Positions 39,594 through 64,000 of a stretch of DNA of 64,000 bases are shown piece by piece. This DNA comes from Callorhinchus milii. Its lineage: Eukaryota. Position 1 is the first letter of the stretch, and every line of letters begins with the position of its first letter. The translations under genes were made by a program, and so were the position numbers. The stretch is from contig NW_024704758.1 in NCBI RefSeq assembly GCF_018977255.1, positions 7,192,001-7,256,000 of the forward strand. Direction: 5' to 3'. Below the pieces are notes generated by a model that saw only the letters and a list, made by a program, of their open reading frames with translations, did not search any database and was not told where the DNA came from.

Positions 39594-41723
39594 CGTTTTA
39601 ACCCTCATTTTGCTTCATGTACTTGCAAGGCATCTTTATTACCTATTTCTTTTTTTAAGGTGTGGAATTCTAATAAAGCAACAATGATCTAATTTTATGA
39701 TTTTATTAGTCTGCAAATAATTTAAGCATTTGTCACCAAATCAAATTCACAGCCAAGTGCTATAATGCCACTGAATTTCAGGATCTCCTGAGTTGGAGCC
39801 TTGAGCAAGGTTAACTAACATATTCCATATTCAGACATAACCATAATCAAAAATGTTTTACCTCCCCCTTCAAAGTTAGTTCAATTTGGATCTCAGGTTA
39901 ATTGCCCGTTTTTATGCATTTTATCTCTCTCATTTTTATCTTTATCTGAAGACGACAGACACACTCTAATCATTCCAGCTAGCTATGGGAAACAGGAAAG
40001 GACATTAGTAATAAATGAGCTGAACATGCATATGCACTTTTAACACTTTTCTTTTTCACTGCTGAAACAGGTAACAGAAGAGCAAAGTTCAGGAATTCTG
40101 AAGAACAAAATGTGTTTTAATGCCAAGCAGGGCATCAATTACATGAAAAAAGCACACAGACATGTTCAATCCACTGCGAGTAAAATTCCTTCTGCATATC
40201 ATGTTTCTTATAGTTAATCAGTAAAAGAGAACAAATAAACAAATCCTTGAAAAACTGTGTTTTAAGAACCATTACAATGCCATTACATACAAAATATTTA
40301 CACGTGCTTGAGAAATTACACATCTCAGCTATTAAAAGGTATCATCAGTGAACATGTTGTTTTACGTAACTGACAGTTTCAAATGTTTTTTTCAAGCAAA
40401 ATTTGTAACACTCAACATTTTGCTCCACACTATTTTATTCTGCAACTGTTTTCGAATGAAATGCATGCCCATATGTAAGTCTATTACATAGGAATTCATA
40501 AATAACCTCTGTTTGCTGCATTGGGCATATTTCCAATAGCACTTTTGCATGTCCTATCTGGACACTCCAGCCACTGGTGAATCATAGTGATTTACTTCTG
40601 TGTGGCATTCAGTGGCAGAAAGTAAGGTGTATTTCATTCATTCAGTGGTCAACTGTTTATGCTGGGCCAACTCTTCCATTTCAGCAGAATCAATGGTGGG
40701 TAACATTTGAAGTTTGAGTTTTACTACTGTTGCTCTGTGCTGGGTCAGTGTGTCGCACTGTGTTTGCATTGAGAGCTCAATCAAATGAGATCAGACCCAT
40801 TGGCTGCATAAAAATGTGAACGCAACAGAGATTCATTAGAACTGGAGTTAGATGAAAGGCAGCAATACGGCAGTATGAAGTTGCTTAGGTATTCAAATGC
40901 TAATAGATTACATAAAGATTGTCATGTTTTATGATGTAGTTCATGTTTTGAAGTCTCAGGCCCAGCATCCATCAAAATGTTAATACAAAGCATGGTATTC
41001 TGGAACATACCAGCAGTTACGTGCAATTTACAATCAAAACAGTACAATTTGATGTATTAAATTAGAAAAAAAGTTTCTCAATTAAATGTTAAGAGAAGGA
41101 AGATTGATCTGTCTCTCCCAATCAGGACTGGAACCAAGAGTATAAAGAAAAGATACATAATTTCAAACTTTTCTGTGGTGGTAATGTTCTCAACACTGGA
41201 CAACATATCGGGATTTCAATGCTCTGGGAGTTCTACAGAAATTGTTCCTCTCAGAAAATGACTTGGAGAGTTATCCTTGAATGGATATGGGGAAGTTACT
41301 ATATTCTGGGATTCCTTCAGCATGGTATCAAGCTACAGTCCATCTTAAAACACCTCAATATATTCAAACAAAACAGAAATTCATTATGTGCAAACTCAGA
41401 TAGCCACAAACTAATTATATTTAGCCATGTAATAGGCATTTTGTATTAATACAGTACTTGTGTTAACAAGTGGTTGCTATTATCCAAAATACTTTATATT
41501 TTTCGATTAATCCTCAGCAAAGGTCAGTATAAAATCGCTCAATTTTCTACTCATTGCAAATAACACTGCAATTGATTCAGCTTTAATAGATTAAACATGA
41601 CTTAATGTTGGTGGTGAATGTGTAGGCAGCTCTTTGAGTGCCAGGTAAACATCCTCAGAGCTAGTCAACTACGTGTTTGAGAAAATATGTATATCCCAAC
41701 CCTCACTGCAGAATATTTGTTGG

Positions 41724-41729
41724 TTTATT
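41724..41729 (-). terminator. Candidate STK33 polyadenylation signal AATAAA
   Basis: First AATAAA I found after the stop (~420 nt), followed by a GU-rich stretch (gtgagggttggg). A longer UTR to ~40.1-40.4 kb is also possible. Confidence 0.4.
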
Positions 41730-42150
41730 TGCATTTTGAATCTTTTGTCTGTCTGGAGCAACTCTACAAGTAAACCAGTGAGGGTGAATCAAATGCGCAA
41801 ATATCAAATTCATTCACAGCAGCAAAAAGCGATATCTTCAGCAAATTATTTCTGAAATCAAAAAATAAGGCTTATGCTTCTTTAAGAAATACAGTGACTC
41901 TGTGGTCTATAGAATATCAACACGCACTAAAAAGAAAACTACGCAGTGAAAACAGTTTCCTTGTTTCAACAGTATACAATGTAGAATCCAAAGTGCAAAC
42001 ACAACCACAAGTATTCACACTGGTAAGTTCCAAAGAGGAAAGCCCACGATCACCCTGTAACAATGTGCAATCCGTGGGTTCTTTTTCAATGAAGTATTGC
42101 ATTTGGCATCATTTTGCAGTATAGTGGTTTCGCCGTTAAAATTCTTTATC

Positions 42151-61675
<19,525 letters not shown>

Positions 61676-62496
61676 CGTTTTACCAAATCCAGATGGCTTG
61701 CTTTTGTAAAATTATCATCATCTATGTTCCTCAACACAAGCCACACCACTAAAGTCCATAAGAAACGCATTAACCAGACTGGTTAGTGAACTTTATAGCA
61801 AGAGTAAAAGTAAATGTTATGTTAAGCGGTAAAACAGCTGATGATTAAAACGCATTAGAGTGAATCAACCACCCGGACAGGTGTTAATTATTAAACACGA
61901 ACTGCTTAATAACCCTTGAATTACAGAACTTCATTTTGAAACTGCAGCTGAGCAACACATTAAATTGTAAGTGGAAATTTACTAAATTCAAATGATAAAA
62001 AATGGTATGAAATCACTCTGATCACAGCACGACATGGAGGAGAGTATGGAATATGAGCCATAGACCAACTGGGGAACAGTCTCATTATAATAGATAATAT
62101 GGTTTTCTTTTTAAAATATTTCTGAATGTCAGTGATAGCTGTGGTTGCCTGCTGGCATGCAGAATAACCAGCTGATCAGAGACAGATTCCCCTTTTGTTA
62201 CCACCAGGAATGATAATAGATTTTTTAACATTGTATTTGCATATTCTTTCAGAAAATGAAAGTGAGCAGAAAGAAAAGAGGTGATGAAGGAACCCAATGG
62301 AAAAAAACTATCTAGATTAACTTTAAGACAGTTGGTGTCTTGAATATGCAGATGAAATGTATCAACTGCATATTGCTGCATATAATCAAGATGTGTACTG
62401 CAGATGAAAAGGATGCACAAAATAGTATTAGATTAGCAAAGGTTCAATTTGAGGACGGATTACTACCACTCTGGAATCATAAATAAATAATTTGAC

Positions 62497-62866
62497 AAAC
62501 AACAACAACTTGCACTTATATAACGTCTTCCACGCAGTGTAGAGTCTCAGAGCGCTTAACAGTGGCAGAGCCTGACTCCGAGCCGGGGGGATGGGGGAGG
62601 TGGCTGTAAGCACAATCGAAGAGGAAAGTTTTCAGGTGGGTCTTGAAAGAAGGGAGAGAGGGAGCAAGGTGGAGCGATTGAGGGAGAGTGTTCCAGAGTT
62701 TTGAGGAGTAGTGACTGAAAGCGCGACCTCTGACGGTGGGGTGAAGGGTGCGAGGGACGAGCAGGAGGCCGGTGCTAGTCGAGCGGAGGCTCCGGGTGGT
62801 GGATTGGGGAGTGAGGAGGTCGGAGAGGTAAGGAGGTGCCAGAAAGTCAATGGATTTGAACACAAA
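62497..62866 (-). mobile_element. LINE-2 3' end, 5'-truncated
   Basis: APPYLSDLL...RSLRS...LLLVPR...GRAFSHYSSKLWNTLP...SFKTHLKTFLF; (GTT)n tail. Confidence 0.9.
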
Positions 62867-64000
62867 TCCCAACGCCTGATGAAACCATTCCAAACATTTC
62901 ATCATTTGAAGAACAATAAAATTATCTGAAACAAATATCCTCCAGCAAAGAGGGGCAGGGGAGAGAAATACGGGTCTCCCCGAGGAAACTTAACTTGTTT
63001 ACGGCTGAACAACCTGTCTGGCTTACCATGAAGACTCACGAATCCTAGCTGGAAATTTCCAATGTTGTCTGGTTACCATTACGTTTGTGCCAGATGTCCC
63101 TTGTGTTTACCCAATTTGCTGGTATTTCTTTCATCAATATCTATTGGCTCATGTTCTAACGGAAAAATTAAAGGAACTTTTAGGGGAACCAAATTCAGAG
63201 GAGAGTGAGACAGCCTTTTCTTCAATACAAAAATGGACTATTCTCATTATAGGGAACTGACCACTCACATCAACAGCAACGTTGGAAACTTATTTTCTCC
63301 CAGTTGACTTTCGTTATGACAGCAGAATCCAGAAGACATTTACACAGGCAGATTGGAGAGTAGAGAGAAAGGGAAACACATCAAACTGCAAACCTGCACT
63401 TTCATTGTTCTCTTATCCTGTCAGAACCTGCAAAACGGGGGAATTCACATAGATTTGGTAGCACTGCCACAATAAATGAATCCTTCAAATTGGTTAAGGA
63501 GCAGTCGCATGTGAGAATACAAGTTTTCACTTTGGTCTGCTATTTGAGGAGAGCTGGAAAATGTATGACACAAATACAGGTATACCCACAGGTGAAAATA
63601 TCCCCAGTTTTTTAAATCTACACTTAGCTCAGAAATATAACATAAATACAAAGTTTGTCCAACCATAATTGATAAATTATTGTCCTCTCTCCTGGTTTAC
63701 ACAGGCAAACTGTAGTATACAATAAAACTTCAGCTTAAAGCATTAGAGCATAATCTATCATTTCCATAACCATTGTTCAATCATTTTTCACTACAGCCCT
63801 CAAATAGCCAATATACTAAAGTTATGTAAAATCATCCAACTTATTTCTGGATTCTGTGCAAATTACAACACTCAGGGTTAAATGAAAACGAGTAGAAATT
63901 CCTAAAAGGATATCATAAGGATTGAGCCTTTTTCTGCACTTTGATGAAATCCTGTTTAAACTAGATTGCAGTTTAATGGAATTCTCAATAATGCTGTCAA

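Noticed and set aside
1-41700. Dozens of 60-157 aa ORFs in the supplied track (e.g. 4049-4522, 12121-12561, 28620-29006)
   Set aside because: No recognisable domains. Many start at TTG/GTG, overlap repeats or low-complexity DNA, and form no phase-consistent exon chain.
1-41700. LMO1 coding exons
   Set aside because: No LIM-domain (Cys/His) exons were found; if synteny holds, LMO1 lies outside the window.

Overview
AT-rich, CpG-depleted vertebrate genomic DNA. The repeat content (Deu/CORE-type tRNA SINEs with an L2-like (TTA)n tail, L2 3' ends with (GTT)n tails, shark-type CR1 3' ends) points to a cartilaginous fish, probably a chimaera; this is an inference. The right third holds a spliced minus-strand gene for the Ser/Thr kinase STK33. 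I assembled 14 phase-consistent GT-AG coding exons by hand (61675 to 42151, 1548 nt, 515 aa plus stop). Ten are recognisable by homology. The two most 5' exons and the two most 3' exons rest mainly on splice signals and phase. All catalytic motifs are intact. Positions 1 to ~41.7 kb are non-coding sequence 3' of STK33 (towards LMO1, if human 11p15 synteny holds), containing SINE/LINE relics, MITE-like elements, a ~150-bp tandem array, several long palindromes and candidate conserved enhancers. Almost all ORFs in the supplied track are spurious. I cannot demonstrate a new biological system. The best leads are a T-shaped palindrome and two related hairpins, an in-frame STK33-L2 read-through, a SINE-derived splice acceptor, a microexon/uORF N-terminus, and an unexplained CpG-rich 240-bp insert beside a 33-bp duplication.
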